Source: Macrostomum lignano
Lineage: Eukaryota
Direction: 5' to 3'
Length of the DNA: 64,000 nt
Assembly (NCBI GenBank): GCA_002269645.1
Contig: NIVC01000491.1
Coordinates: 451,243-515,242, forward strand
The position numbers were made by a program, and so were the translations under genes. This document shows, one piece after another, positions 1-12,880 of this stretch. A model generated the notes under the pieces. That model was not told the DNA's origin and did no database searches. It saw nothing but the letters and a program-made list of their open reading frames with translations. Every line of letters begins with the position of its first letter. The stretch's first letter is position 1.

Positions 1-1394
1 GCTTGTAGAGGAATGAGAGAGCCAAATATTTCATATAGCTAGCATTGCGTCTCCTAATATCTTGGATACTAAATACGTATGTTTACTTAATCTAATGTAC
101 AGAATATACATTAACATACATGTACACTACATGCAGTTAAGGTTACGTACAGATATCGATACATGTAGTTAGGTAATGTACATATTAACACATAAATGTA
201 TAGCTACTAGATTATGTGATCTACATAAATGCAGCTAAGGTTATGTACAGATATAGATAAATGTAGTTAGGTCTTGTACAGATTTACATTTATGTTTAGA
301 TCCACATGTACATCCTTTAACAAAAATGTACGGATGTACACAAATGTAGCTAGATAATGTACAGGGGATCGACATATACGCACTTAGTTAGTAGGTCATG
401 TACAGATGTAAATACATGAAGCTAAAGCATCATGCATGAAGTTTAATAATGTAAAAAGATCTACATGAACGCATCTAGATTATGTACAGATCTATTTTTA
501 CGCGAAGCAACTTCTTGAATTATTTTTTCGCTCCTTATCAACGGCCATGCAGTGACATGTACATGTTTTTCATTGAAATCTGGTGAGAATATTGAATTGA
601 CTTCAGCGAATATTTATCTCAAGAGTTGCACTGATTTAATTGGGAAGAAGTCTTAAAATCAGGTTGGGGGGCAGAGCGTCTCATGACCCATGAGGGTACA
701 CATGCGCAACAGTCGGCCGATCCGACACTTCATGCAAAAATTCCCCACTCGAATAAATACCAAAGTAGTACTAAGTAGATAACGCGCCCACAACCCTTCA
801 GTAAGTATTGATAAGCCTTCAAATCATTTTTTCATATATTTGACGTGTCCTACGTGTCCTTAATAAGCATCAAAGCAATCGGTGCCGTTTGAGGTATCTC
901 CAAGATTAATCCTTTCCGTCACCTTTAGGGTGATTATCGAGCGAGTAGAAGTTCTCTCCTTGGCAACCTAACCTACATTTACACATTTCTCTCAATTATA
1001 AAAATAATTAAAATTCAATAATATCGCTCTCTGTTAAAAGAAGGAACTTGATATTCATACAAACGAGTTAGAAACGCCTCATGTTTTTTTATGTCAACTT
1101 ATCAACCACTTTTAATGAAAGTATACAATTGTACATGCGTGAGATAGACAGCAATTGGATTCAATCGCATTTTGCAATATTAAAATATTACCTAAATGCT
1201 CGGTAAATCTTAATTGACCAACGCTACTTTCAATAGCAAGTAGAAAATTGCAAGTAGAAATGGATTATAAAATTTTGTTAACATTAATTTAAATACATTT
1301 ACCAAATTAATTAAGCAATAATAATAAGGTTTTATAATTAAATCGGGATAGTTAATAAATAAAACGGTTTATCGCTCGTTTTTACTCTCACGGG

Positions 1395-2105
1395 TGATTG
1401 GGAGAATCTCAGGGGTAATGAGGAGAATCTCACGGGTGATGAGGAGAATCTCACGGGTGATTGAGAGAATCTCAGGTGTGATGAGGAGAATTTAAGGGGT
1501 GATGAGAAGAATCTCAGGGATGATTGGGAGAATCTCAGGGGTAATGAGGAGAATCTCAGGGGTGATGAGGAGAATCTCAGGGGTGATGAGGAGAATCTCA
1601 GGGGTGATGAGGAGAATCTCAGGGGTGATGAGGAGAATCTCAAGTGTGATGATGAGAATCTCAAGGGTGATGATGAGAATCTCAGGGGTGATGAAGAGAA
1701 TTTCAGGGGTGATGAGGAGAATCTCAGGGATGATTGGGAGAATCTCAGGAGTGATGAGGAGAATCTCAGGGGTGATGAGGAGAATCTCAGGGATGATTGG
1801 GAGAATCTCAAGTGTGATGATGAGAATCTCAAGGGTGATGATGAGAATCTCAGGGGTGATGAAGAGAATCTCAGGGGTGATGAGGAGAATCTCAGGGATG
1901 ATTGGGAGAATCTCAGGAGTGATGAGGAGAATCTCAGGAGTGATGAGGAGAATCTCAGGGATGATTGGGAGAATCTCAGGAGTGATGAAGAGAATCTCAG
2001 GGGTGATGAGGAGAATCTCAGGGATGATTGGGAGAATCTCAGGAGTGATGAGGAGAATCTCAGGGGTAATGAGGAGAATCTCAGGGGTGATGAGGAGAAT
2101 CTCAG
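1395..2105. repeat. 21-bp minisatellite (GAGGAGAATCTCAGGGGTGAT)n downstream of FEN1
   Basis: Tandem unit read directly; explains the RFSSSPL/ILLITPE/MRRISGV ORFs. Confidence 0.95.
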
Positions 2106-2306
2106 TGATGCATAATTGATTTTGTAGAACTGTATTCATGCGAGATTCTCACGAGAAGATTTTTATAGTGAGATTTTAAACGATTGCTATGGGATCATCA
2201 TGTGGGGTGCAAATTATGATAAAAATAGAAGATGCATTCAGTTACGCGCGCGGTCTAACAATAGTTTGATAGAAGAAGATAAACCGACTCCAATTAAAAA
2301 CTGTTT

Positions 2307-2666
2307 TTACTTTCTCTTTTTAAAAGACGAGTTTCCTGCAGCCTTCTTCTTAGCGGCCGGGCCCTTGCCAGCCTCGGCCAGGGACTTCCGTTTCTGGCCG
2401 CCGGAAGCGGACTGCTGGCCGGCCGGCGGCTGCAGTACGGAGAAGAACGAATCGATGCGACCTTGAACTGTTGTCTGCTTAGCTTTGAGCAGCCGCTTAG
2501 CCCCGCTGCGGACTCGTTCCTCGTTAAACCCGTTCTCTTCAACTAGGAATTTGATGAGGCCGGCTTCGTCCGGCTCGGACCACTTCAGCTCGACGGTGTC
2601 GCCAGGTGTAACGTCCGGCTTAGCGAACAGCCGCCTGGCCTCCTGGTATTGCCAGTTCTCTGGCAC
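2307..2666 (-). CDS. FEN1: FEN1 exon 4 (VPENW...[11 protein letters not shown] box...KKRK*)
   Basis: Acceptor CGCAG|GTGCCA; matches FEN1 C-terminus including the PCNA-binding QxxIxxFF motif and basic tail. Confidence 0.96.
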   Translation of the reverse strand: MPENWQYQEARRLFAKPDVTPGDTVELKWSEPDEAGLIKFLVEENGFNEERVRSGAKRLLKAKQTTVQGRIDSFFSVLQPPAGQQSASGGQKRKSLAEAGKGPAAKKKAAGNSSFKKRK

Positions 2667-2759
2667 CTGCGGATGCGAATTGTGCGAGTAATTAGTCTGC
2701 TTTTTTAAAGTACTTGAACTTCAGAAGCTCGAACTCAGACTTCATATACCTAGGCTTCG

Positions 2760-3595
2760 AGTTCGAGTCTTAGGAGAGAGGTTCGGAGTTCGAGTCTCAG
2801 GAGAAAGGTTCGGAGTTCGAGTCTTAGGAGAGGTTCGGAGTTTGAGTCTCAGGAGAGATTCAGAGTTCGAGTCTCAGGAGAGATTCAGAGTTCGAGTCTC
2901 AAGAGAGGTTCGAAGTTCGAGTCTCAGGAGAGATTCAGAGTTCGAGTCTCAAGAGAGGTTCGAAGTTCGAGTCTCAGCGGACATGTGCAATTTGAGTCTT
3001 AGGAGAGGTTCGGAGTTCGAGTCTTAGGAGAGGTTTGGAGTTCGAGTCTTAGGAGAGGTTCGGAGTTCGAGTCTCAGGAGAGAGGTTCGGAGTTCGAGTC
3101 TCAGGACAGGTTCGGAGTTCGAGTCTCAGGAGAAAGGTTCGGAGTTCGAGTCTCAGGAGAGATTCAGAGCTCGAGTCTCAAGAGAGGTTCGAAGTTCGAG
3201 TCTCAGCGGACATTTGCAATTTGAGTCTTAGGAGAGGTTCGGAGTTCGAGTCTTAGGAGAGATTCGGAGTTCGAGTCTTAGGAGAGATTCGGAGTTCGAG
3301 TCTTAGGAGAGGTTCGGAGTTCGAGTCTTAGGAGAGATTCGGAGTTCGAGTCTTAGGAGAGGTTCGGAGTTCGAGTCTTAGGAGAGGTTCGGAGTTCGAG
3401 TCTTAGGAGAGGTTCGGAGTTCGAGTCTTAGGAGAGGTTCGGAGTTCGAGTCTCAGGAGAGATTCAGAGTTCGAGTCTCAAGAGAGGTTCGGAGTTCGAG
3501 TCTCTGGAGAAAGGTTCGGAGTTCGAGTCTCAGGAGAGATTCAGAGCTCGACTCTCAAGAGAGGTTCGGAGTTCGAGTCTCAGGGGAGGTTCGAA
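2760..3595. repeat. ~25-bp minisatellite (TTCGGAGTTCGAGTCTTAGGAGAGG)n in FEN1 intron 3
   Basis: Tandem unit read directly, with TTA/TCA variants. Confidence 0.95.
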
Positions 3596-4147
3596 CGCGA
3601 TTCCTATTTAAACTCTTAATGCGGAGATTTATAAAATTTGAACAAAATATGTTTTTAAACTTTAGGAGTCAACAGGTATTAATAAAAAGTTCACTAGAAT
3701 AATAACTGATTGACGGGTTTTCGAGTGTTCCATTCCCAGTCTATTCAATAGCAGAGCACTCAAGAGCAATTCAGCGCAAGCAAGTCGGGAAGTGAGTAGA
3801 ATTAAAAAACAGTCACGTTTCTTCGCTATCTTAAAGTGCAGCTCCAGCAAAAAAGCAATTACAAAAATGAGCTGTGCTGGGTAAATTAACTATGGAAATA
3901 ATAATATTAAAATATGCATGGCTAACAGAGAGAGAAGAAAGTGCTTATTAGATAAAGTTCACAGCGCTGACATCTGTGTGAGTAGGAATTCCATCATAAC
4001 TTAATTATCTGACAGATCCATCTGATCAGGACTGGGATAAATTCCTGTTCAAAAGTACAAAAGCAGCCAATGATCTTCTAAAAGCAAGAATCTTTTAATT
4101 TCGGAACAAAGAATGACATGAATTTAAACACAATTGAAGAATTTTAG

Positions 4148-5040
4148 GGCGATGGAACAAATACACACTTCGAGAATCTCTAAAAGCGATGGAACAAAGA
4201 CACACTTCGAGAATCTCTAAAAGCGATGGAACAAAGACACAGTTCGAGAATCTCTAAAAGCGATGGAACAAAGACACACTTCGAGAATCTCTAAAGCGAT
4301 GGAACAAAGACACTTCGGGAATCTCTAAAAGCGATGGAACAAAGACACACTTTGAGAATCTCTAAGGCGATGGAACAAAGACACAGTTCAAGATTAAGAA
4401 TCTCTAAAAGCGATGGAACAAAGACACACTTTGAGAATCTCTAAGGCGATCGAACAAAGGCACTTCGAGAATCTCTAAAAGCGATGGAACAAAGACACAG
4501 TTCAAGAATCTCTAAAAGCGATAGAACAAAGACACACTTTGAGAATCTCTAAGGCGATGGAACAAAGGCACTTCGAGAATCTCTAAAAGCGATGGAACAA
4601 AGACAGTTCAAGAATCTCTAAAAGCGATGGAACAAAGACACACTTTAAGAATCTCTAAGACGATGGAACAAAGACACACTTGAAGAATCTCTAAAGCCAT
4701 AGAAAAAAGACACACTTCGAGAATCTCTAAAAGCGATAGAACAAAGACACACTTTGAGAATCTCTAAGGCGATGGAACAAAGACACAGTTCAAGAATCTT
4801 TAAACGATGAAACAAAGACACTTTGAGAATCTCTAAAAGCGATGGAACAAAGACACACTTCAAGAATCTCTAAAAGCGATGGAACAAAGACACAGTTCAA
4901 GAGTCTCTAAAAAGCGATGGAACAAAGACACAGTTCAAGAGTCTCTAAAAAGCGATGGAACAAAGACACTGAGAATCTCTAAGGCGATGGAACAAAGACA
5001 CAGTTCGAGAATCTCTAAAACGATGGAACAAAGACACACT
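4148..5040. repeat. ~37-bp minisatellite (GCGATGGAACAAAGACACACTTCGAGAATCTCTAAAA)n in FEN1 intron 3
   Basis: Tandem unit read directly; ends ~15 nt from the exon 3 donor. Confidence 0.95.
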
Positions 5041-5055
5041 TAAAAGGCAACTCAC

Positions 5056-5514
5056 TTGATATTTGTCCTTGTCCAAATGCTTGAGCACATTGTCGATATC
5101 GCCATACTTTCGCAGAAACTCCAACGCCTTTTTCGGCCCGACGCCGCGAACCGAGTCGCAATAGTCGCAGCCAAGCAAGATGCACAGGTCAACAAACTGC
5201 TCCTGACTCATGCTCATCTCCTGCAACGCCTTGTCCAGTCGGAACTCTTGAATCGGCATCTTCTTGGCTTCGCTGAATGTTAGCCGACGCAACAGAACCG
5301 GTGCACCGAATGTCAGCGCGTCCATGTCTTCGGTGCCTACAGCGAAGACGCGACCGCTACGCACCAGCTCCGCGCACTGCGCCTCCGCCTCTGACGGCGC
5401 CTGAAGCCAGGGCACGCCCATCAGGGTGAGAAGTCGCTGACATTCTGCCGCGTGCTGTTTCGTCACCTTCACAAGGCGCTTGGACATGCGCTCCGCTTCC
5501 TCCGCATCTTCTAC
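5056..5514 (-). CDS. FEN1: FEN1 exon 3 (I-domain: [27 protein letters not shown]3TH GVGPKKA)
   Basis: Acceptor CCCCAG|GTA, donor CAA|GTGAGT; 153 codons with XPG/FEN1 catalytic motifs. Confidence 0.97.
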
Positions 5515-5559
5515 CTGGGGAGTGAGGGTGATTGGGAATAAAGGTTTCACTCAGGGGTG

Positions 5560-6042
5560 GGTAGCTAACATCTAGATCTATAGAGTATCTAACATCTAGA
5601 TCTATAGGGTAGCTAACATCTAGATCTATAGGGTAGCTAACATCCAGATCTATAGGGTAGCTAACATCTAGATCTATAGAGTAGCTAACATCTAGATCTA
5701 TAGGGTAGCTAACATCCAGATCTATAGGGTAGCTAACATCTAGATCTATAGGGTAGCTAACATCTAGATCTATAGGGTAGCTAACATATAGATCTATCGA
5801 GTAGCTAACATCTACATCTATAGGGTAGCTAACATCTAGATCTATAGGGTAGCTAACATATAGATCTATAGGGTAGCTAACATCTAGATCTATAGGGTAG
5901 CTAACATCTAGATCTATAGTGTTAACATCTAGATCTATAGGGTAGCTAACATCTAGATCTATAGGGTAGCTAACATATAGATCTATAGGGTAGCTAACAT
6001 CTAGATCTATAGGGTAGCTAACATCTAGATCTATAGTGTTAA
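5560..6042. repeat. 24-bp minisatellite (ACATCTAGATCTATAGGGTAGCTA)n, left half of an interrupted array
   Basis: Same array resumes in the same orientation at 25153. Confidence 0.95.
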
Positions 6043-6279
6043 CTAGCAATCTAGTGCGGCCCCCCTTCGGGGCGCCCAATAAGAAAGGAGCAAAAATAGT
6101 TCATGGAAAACAATAAAAAAACACATTTTCTTAAACACTAATTCCTTCTTCACATTTTAAAAATCACCTTATTCGTGTAAAATTGTCACGGACTAAGATG
6201 TTTGCAAAATTAAAAAATCACTTTTTCTCTAAAATTAACAAACAGTCAACAAAATATCGTTTCCCTAAATAGAAAATAT

Positions 6280-6610
6280 TCCCAAGACAGCAAGCAACCC
6301 CCTCCAAAAGTGAACAATCGCAGATAGCAAGCATCCTCTAATGCTCATAGCAAGAATCACCACAGATAGCAAGCATCTGCAGATTAGCAAGCACCCCTCC
6401 CAGATATTATAGAAGCATCCACCCAGATAGCAAGCATCCCCCAGATATTATAGAAGCAACCACCCAGATAGCAAGCATCCTGCAGATAGCAAGAATCCCT
6501 AAATAGCAAGCATCCCTGGATTGAAAGAATCCCATGCATGTAGCCAGCACCCCCTCTCCCAAATAGCAAGTATCCCCCCTCGAGAGCAAGCATCCACGAG
6601 ATAGCAAGTA
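6280..6610. repeat. Degenerate repeat with core CAGATAGCAAGCATCC
   Basis: Core motif recurs about 8-10 times at irregular spacing. Confidence 0.75.
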
Positions 6611-6719
6611 GCTAGTGCACATGTTACTTCCGCTAATGCAATAATCGCTTTCTCAGGTTGTGCAACAATCCACGTCTCAGCGAGCGCAATAATCTTTTTT
6701 TTAGACAGCGCAGTAATCA

Positions 6720-9700
6720 GCTTCTCAGCTAGTGCAATAATACTTGGTTTATTAATAGCAATAATCCTTGATTAATCAAGTGCAATAATCCTTGGTTTAT
6801 CAAGTGCAATAATCCTTGGTTTATCAAGTGCAGTAATCTTTGGCTTATAAAGTGCAATAATCCTTGGTTTATTAAGTGCAATAATCCTTTGTTTATCAAG
6901 TGCAATAATCCTTGGTTTATCAAGTGCAATAATCCTTTGTTTATCAAGTGCAATAATCCTTGGTTTATTAAGTGCAATAATCCTTGGTTTATCAAGTGCA
7001 ATAATCCTTGGTTTATCTAGCGCAGTAATCCTTGGCTTATCAAGTGCAATAATCCTTGGTTTATCAAGTGCAATATTTGTTTATCAAGTGCAATAATCCT
7101 TGGTTTATCAAGTGAAATAATCCTTGGTTTATCAAGTGCAATAATCATTGGCTTATCAACTGCAATAATCCTTGGTTTATCAAGTGCAATAATCCTTGGT
7201 TTATCTAGCGCAGTAATCCTTGGCTTATCAAGTGCAATAATCCTTGGTTTATCAAGTGCAATATTTGTTTATCAAGTGCAATAATCCTTGGTTTATCAAG
7301 TGAAATAATCCTTGGTTTATCAAGTGCAATAATCATTGGCTTATCAACTGCAATAATCCTTGGTTTATCAAGTGCAATAATCATTGGCTTATCAAGTGCA
7401 ATAATCCTTGGTTTATCAAGTGCAATAATCATTGGCTTATCAACTGCAATAATCCTTGGTTTATCAAGCGCAGTAATCCTTGGCCTATCAAGTGCAATAA
7501 TCCTTGGCTTATCGAGTGCAGTAATCCTTGGTTTGCCAAGAGCAATAATCCTTGGTTTATCGAGTGCAGTAATCCTTAGTTTTCCAAGTGCAGTAATCCT
7601 TGGTTTATTAAGAGCAATAATCCTTGGCTTATCGAGTGCAGTAATCCTTGGTTTGCCAAGAGCAATAATCCTTGGTTTATCGAGTGCAGTAATCCTTAGT
7701 TTTCCAAGTGCAGTAATCCTTGTTTATTAAGAGCAATAATCCTTGGTTTATCGAGTGCAGTAGTCCTTGGTTTATTAATAGCAATAATCCTTGAATAATC
7801 CAGTGCATTAATCTCTGGCTTATCAAGTGCAACATTCTTTACTATCAAGTGCAATAATCCATGGCTTATCAAGCTCTGTAATCCTTGGCTTATCAAGTGC
7901 AATAATCCTTGGTTTATCAAGTGCAATAATCCTTTGTTTATCAAGTGCAGTAATCCTTGGCCTATCAAGTGCAATAATCCATGGCTTATCAAGCGCTGTA
8001 ATCCTTGGCTTATCAAGTGCAATAATCCTTGGTTTATCAAGTGCAATAATCCTTGGTTTATCAAGTGCAATAATCATTTGTTTATCAAGTGCAATAATCC
8101 TTGGTTTATCAAGCGCAGTAATCTTTGGCTTATCAAGTGCAATAATCCTTGGTTTATCAAGTGCAATAATCCTTGGTTTATCAAGTGCAATATTTGTTTA
8201 TCAAGTGCAATAATCCTTGGTTTATCAAGTGAAATAATCCTTGGTTTATCAAGTGCAATAATCCTTGGTTTATCAAGTGCAGTAATCCTTAGTTTTCCAA
8301 GTGCAGTAATCCTTGGTTTGCCAAGAGCAATAATCCTTGGTTTATCGAGTGCAGTAATCCTTAGTTTTCCAAGTGCAGTAATCCTTGGTTTATTAAGAGC
8401 AATAATCCTTGGCTTATCAAGTGCAGTAGTCCTTGGTTTATTAATAGCAATAATCCTTGAATAATCCAGTGCAACATTCTTTACTATCAAGTGCAATAAT
8501 CCATGGCTTATCAAGCGCTGTAATCCTTGGCTTATCAAGTGCAATAATCCTTGGTTTATCAAGTGCAATAATCCTTGGTTTATCAAGTGCAATAATCCTT
8601 GGTTTAACAAGTGCAATAATCCTTGGTTTATCAAGTGCAATAATCCTTGGTTTATCAAGTGCAATAATCCTTTGTTTATCAAGTGCAATAATCCTTGGTT
8701 TATCAAGTGCAATAATCTTTGGTTTATCAAGTGCAATAATCCTTGGTTTATCAAGTGCAGTAATCCTTGGCCTATCAAGTGCAATAATCCTTGGTTTATC
8801 AAGTGCAGTAATCTTTGGCCTATCAAGTGCAATAATCCTTGGTTTATCAAGTGCAATAGTCCTTGGTTTATCAAGTGCAGTAATCCTTGGTTTTCCAAGT
8901 GCAATAATCCTTGGCTTCTTGAGTGCAGTAATCCTTGGTTTTCCAAGTGCAATAATCCTTGGCTTCTTGAGTGCAGTAATCCTTGGTTTATCAAGTGCAG
9001 TAATCTTTGGCTTATAAAGTGCAATAATCCTTGGTTTATCAAGTGCAATAATCATTGGCTTATCAACTGCAATAATCCTTGGTTTATCAAGCGCAGTAAT
9101 CCTTGGCCTATCAAGTGCAATAATCCTTGGCTTATCGAGTGCAGTAATCCTTGGTTTGCCAAGAGCAATAATCCTTGGTTTATCGAGTGCAGTAATCCTT
9201 AGTTTTCCAAGTGCAGTAATCCTTGGTTTATTAAGAGCAATAATCCTTGGCTTATCGAGTGCAGTAATCCTTGGTTTGCCAAGAGCAATAATCCTTGGTT
9301 TATCGAGTGCAGTAATCCTTAGTTTTCCAAGTGCAGTAATCCTTGGTTTATTAAGAGCAATAATCCTTAGTTTATCGAGTGCAGTAGTCCTTGGTTTATT
9401 AATAGCAATAATCCTTGAATAATCCAGTGCATTAATCTCTGGCTTATCAAGTGCAACATTCTTTACTATCAAGTGCAATAATCCATGGCTTATCAAGCTC
9501 TGTAATCCTTGGCTTATCAAGTGCAATAATCCTTGGTTTATCAAGTGCAATAATCCTTTGTTTATCAAGTGCAGTAATCCTTGGCCTATCAAGTGCAATA
9601 ATCCATGGCTTATCAAGCGCTGTAATCCTTGGCTTATCAAGTGCAATAATCCTTGGTTTATCAAGTGCAATAATCCTTGGTTTATCAAGTGCAATAATCA

Positions 9701-10390
9701 TTTGTTTATCAAGTGCAATAATCCTTGGTTTATCAAGCGCAGTAATCTTTGGCTTATCAAGTGCAATAATCCTTGGTTTATCAAGTGCAATAATCCTTGG
9801 TTTATCAAGTGCAATAATCCTTGGTTTATCAAGTGCAATATTTGTTTATCAAGTGCAATAATCCTTGGTTTATCAAGTGAAATAATCCTTGGTTTATCAA
9901 GTGCAATAATCCTTGGTTTATCAAGTGCAGTAATCCTTAGTTTTCCAAGTGCAGTAATCCTTGGTTTGCCAAGAGCAATAATCCTTGGTTTATCGAGTGC
10001 AGTAATCCTTAGTTTTCCAAGTGCAGTAATCCTTGGTTTATTAAGAGCAATAATCCTTAGCTTATCAAGTGCAGTAGTCCTTGGTTTATTAATAGCAATA
10101 ATCCTTGAATAATCCAGTGCAACATTCTTTACTATCAAGTGCAATAACCCATGGCTTATCAAGCGCTGTAATCCTTGGCTTATCAAGTGCAATAATCCTT
10201 GGTTTATCAAGTGCAATAATCCTTGGTTTTCCAAGTGCAGTAATCCTTGGTTTATTAATAGCAATAATCCTTGGCTTCTTGAGTGCAGTAATCCTTGGTT
10301 TGCCAAGAGCAATAGTCCTTGGTTTATCGAGTGCAGTAGTCCTTGGTTTATTAATAGCAATAATCCTTGGCTTATCGAGTGCAGTAATCT
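6720..10390. repeat. 24-bp satellite (TCAAGTGCAATAATCCTTGGTTTA)n, ~3.7 kb, with higher-order duplication
   Basis: Unit read directly; the unique marker CAGTGCATTAATCTCTGGC occurs at 7801 and 9425 (offset 1624). Confidence 0.97.
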
Positions 10391-10460
10391 AAGTGTTTTT
10401 ATTTAGTCCTTTAATAAAACCTTCTAATAAAAATTTTTACACTACTACTTTTAAACTACT

Positions 10461-10520
10461 TAGATTCGAACCTAGGTCGCTGCATTAGCAGTCTGGTCTG
10501 TTCAGCTCTAGGCTAGCTCT
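10461..10520 (-). mobile_element. Possible degenerate tRNA-derived SINE head
   Basis: Minus strand GAGAGCTAGCCTAGAG...CTGCTAA...GGTTCGAATC gives A-box-like and B-box motifs; no full cloverleaf. Confidence 0.35.
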
Positions 10521-11229
10521 CATCGAAGTTATCAGTGATGTTGTACCACTTATATAATTCAACACTCACACCAAGTCAGGTAGAGTAAAAAGTCTCACGA
10601 AGCAGTTATGACATAATCAATTTCTTAGGCAAGTCAGTACCAGTGTCTATGAAAGTTTACAATATGGTTACGTAATATAAATTCAGTACTGCGCTATGCT
10701 TTCACACTCAAAGCTGTGACGCAATTCAATTGAGTGTCAAATTCAGCCAGTACACAGACGATAAATAAAGTGTATTGTGATGCAATCTATTTCAGAATCA
10801 GAATTCAACCAGTCAGTTTTTCTGCTAGCATTCTTACAATGCATTTCAAGTCGAAAGAGCTGCTTGACCTTTGCAAAAAAGCATGTTTTTCGAATATTTA
10901 ATCCCTTTAACATTGAGCAATTTCTTAGCCACGATGCATGTACCGTCACGGAATAATTTCTGATCGAACAGTGCAGGTTCGAAGAAAATCGGTTCAGCCG
11001 TTTTTGCTAAAATCGATCACACACACACACACGCACACACAAACAGACCATTTTTAGTATATTACGAGTGGAACTCCTCCTTCGGAGGAGAAAGGGGAAG
11101 AACTCCCATCACCGGAATTCTATTCCCTGAAATATCCATCAACTGAAATTCCATGTCTTTAACCCTATCTTCCAAATCGTCTCCAAATTCTTTACAAAAT
11201 CTTTCAAAGACCATAGCTCAAAGACTCTT

Positions 11230-12345
11230 ACGTCTCTCATATCTACTCTCTCCTCTCTTCGCTATTATCGTGACTCGCTTCTCTCTCCTCTCTCTCATCT
11301 CATCTCTACCCCTACTCTCTTATTTATCTCTACTCCCTTATTTATCTCTTCTCCCTCGTCTTTCGTCTGTACCCTATCCTGTCTACTCTCCTATCTTCTA
11401 TCTTATCTCTCCCCTTTTCTCTCCTCTCTCATATCTAATCTCTAATCACTTATCTATCGTCTCCGCTCTACTTTCTCTCTTCTTTTTTCTCTCTTCTCTC
11501 TGCTCTCATTTCTCGTATCTCTTATACGCTCTCACCCTCTCCTTTCTTATCTCCCATCTTTCTTCCCTCCTTTCTACTGCATCACCTGTCTCCTCTCTTC
11601 TCTTTTCTCTCCTCTCCATTCTCTCTTCTCTACTCTCATCTCCCCTCATCTCTTCTCTAATCTCTAATCTCTTCTCTCTCTTATTTTCTCACTCATCTCT
11701 TTTCTCATTGCATCTCTCATCTCTCCTCTCTCTCTCTCCTCTCATCTGTACTATCTTTTTTATCTCTTCTCCCAGGTCTTTCAAATTTACTCTCTCCTGT
11801 CTCCTCTCTCCCCTCGTCTTTCCTCTCTCATATCTCTTCTCTACTCACTTATATATTCTCTCTCCTCTGCTCCCCTTTTACACTTTGCTATATGCTCTCA
11901 CTCTCACCCTCCCCTTTCTTATCTGCTGTTTTTACACTCCTTTCTACCACCTGTCTCCTCTCGTTTCTCTCCTCTCTGCACTCTCATCTTTACCCTCTTC
12001 TTTCTCCTCACTACTTTCTTCTCTTAAATCTCTGATCTCTGATCTTTCATCTCTCTCCTCTCACCTCTCACCTCTCTCCTCTCTTTCCTCTCTTCTATTG
12101 CCTCTGTACGCTCTTGTCCCTCCTTTCTTCTCCATCCTGTCTCCTCTCTGCAATCTCATATCTCCTCTCTCATATCCTCTCCCTTCATCTCCTCTCTCCT
12201 CTTCTCTTCTCTCTCCTTCGTTCCCGCCTTACTTTCCTCTTCTCTCCCATCTGTCATGTCTAATCTCTCCACTCATTTCTACTCTGTTTTCTATCATCTC
12301 ATCTCTCTTCTCTTTTCATTCTTCTCTTTACTCTCTTCTCTGACT
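11230..12345 (+). repeat. CT-rich polypyrimidine tract of B unit 1; homologous tracts at ~14010-14885, 16360-17360, 18845-19770, 21680-22690
   Basis: About 1 kb almost G-free on the + strand; source of the Leu/Ser ORFs. Confidence 0.95.
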
Positions 12346-12880
12346 GATTGAAGATGCCAAATCCATCAAGATCCTCTCCGCGAAGCAGAAATCCTGTCCG
12401 TGCAACTGAAAACCATCGAAATCCTCTCCGTGAAACTGGACTCCTTCGAAATCCTCTCCTTGAAACTTAAATCCATCAAAATCGTCTCCATAAAACAGAA
12501 ATCAATCATAAATTATCTCCGCGAAACAGAAATCCTCTCCGTGAAGCTGAACATCATCGAAATCCTCTCCGTGAAACTGAACACCTTCGAAATCCTCTCC
12601 GTGAAACTGAACACCTTCGAAATCCTCTCCTTGAAACTTAAATCTATCAAAATCGTCTCCATAAAGCAGAAATCAATCATAAATTTAACTCCGCGAAACA
12701 GAAATCCTCTCCGTGAAGCTGAACATCATCAAAATCCTCTCCGTGAAACTGAGCACCATCGAAATCCTCTCCACGAAACAGAAATCCTCTTTGTCAAAAT
12801 TAAAACATTGAAATCGTCTCCGCTAAACTGGACTCAATCAATTTTTTCCGTCAAACAACTCAACTCTCCGGATTCATTGG

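Larger units (their letters stand above)
6043..11064 (-). mobile_element. Helitron-like element A (body), carrying a 24-bp satellite
   Basis: 5' region (T)AATATACTAAAAATGGTC, then a GT microsatellite and AAAAACGGCTGAACCGATTTT (minus strand) at ~10985-11064; 3' hairpin plus CTAG at 6043-6076. Confidence 0.65.

Noticed and set aside
1338-2139. ORFs 1338-1832, 1492-2139, 1499-2119
   Set aside because: 21-bp minisatellite translations.
6729-10392. Long ORFs of LSSAIILG / IIALDKPR / LLHLINQG repeats, superficially LRR-like or CRISPR-like
   Set aside because: Open in several frames on both strands because a 24-bp unit lacks stops; contiguous repeats with no unique spacers, no cas genes, intronic in a eukaryotic gene.
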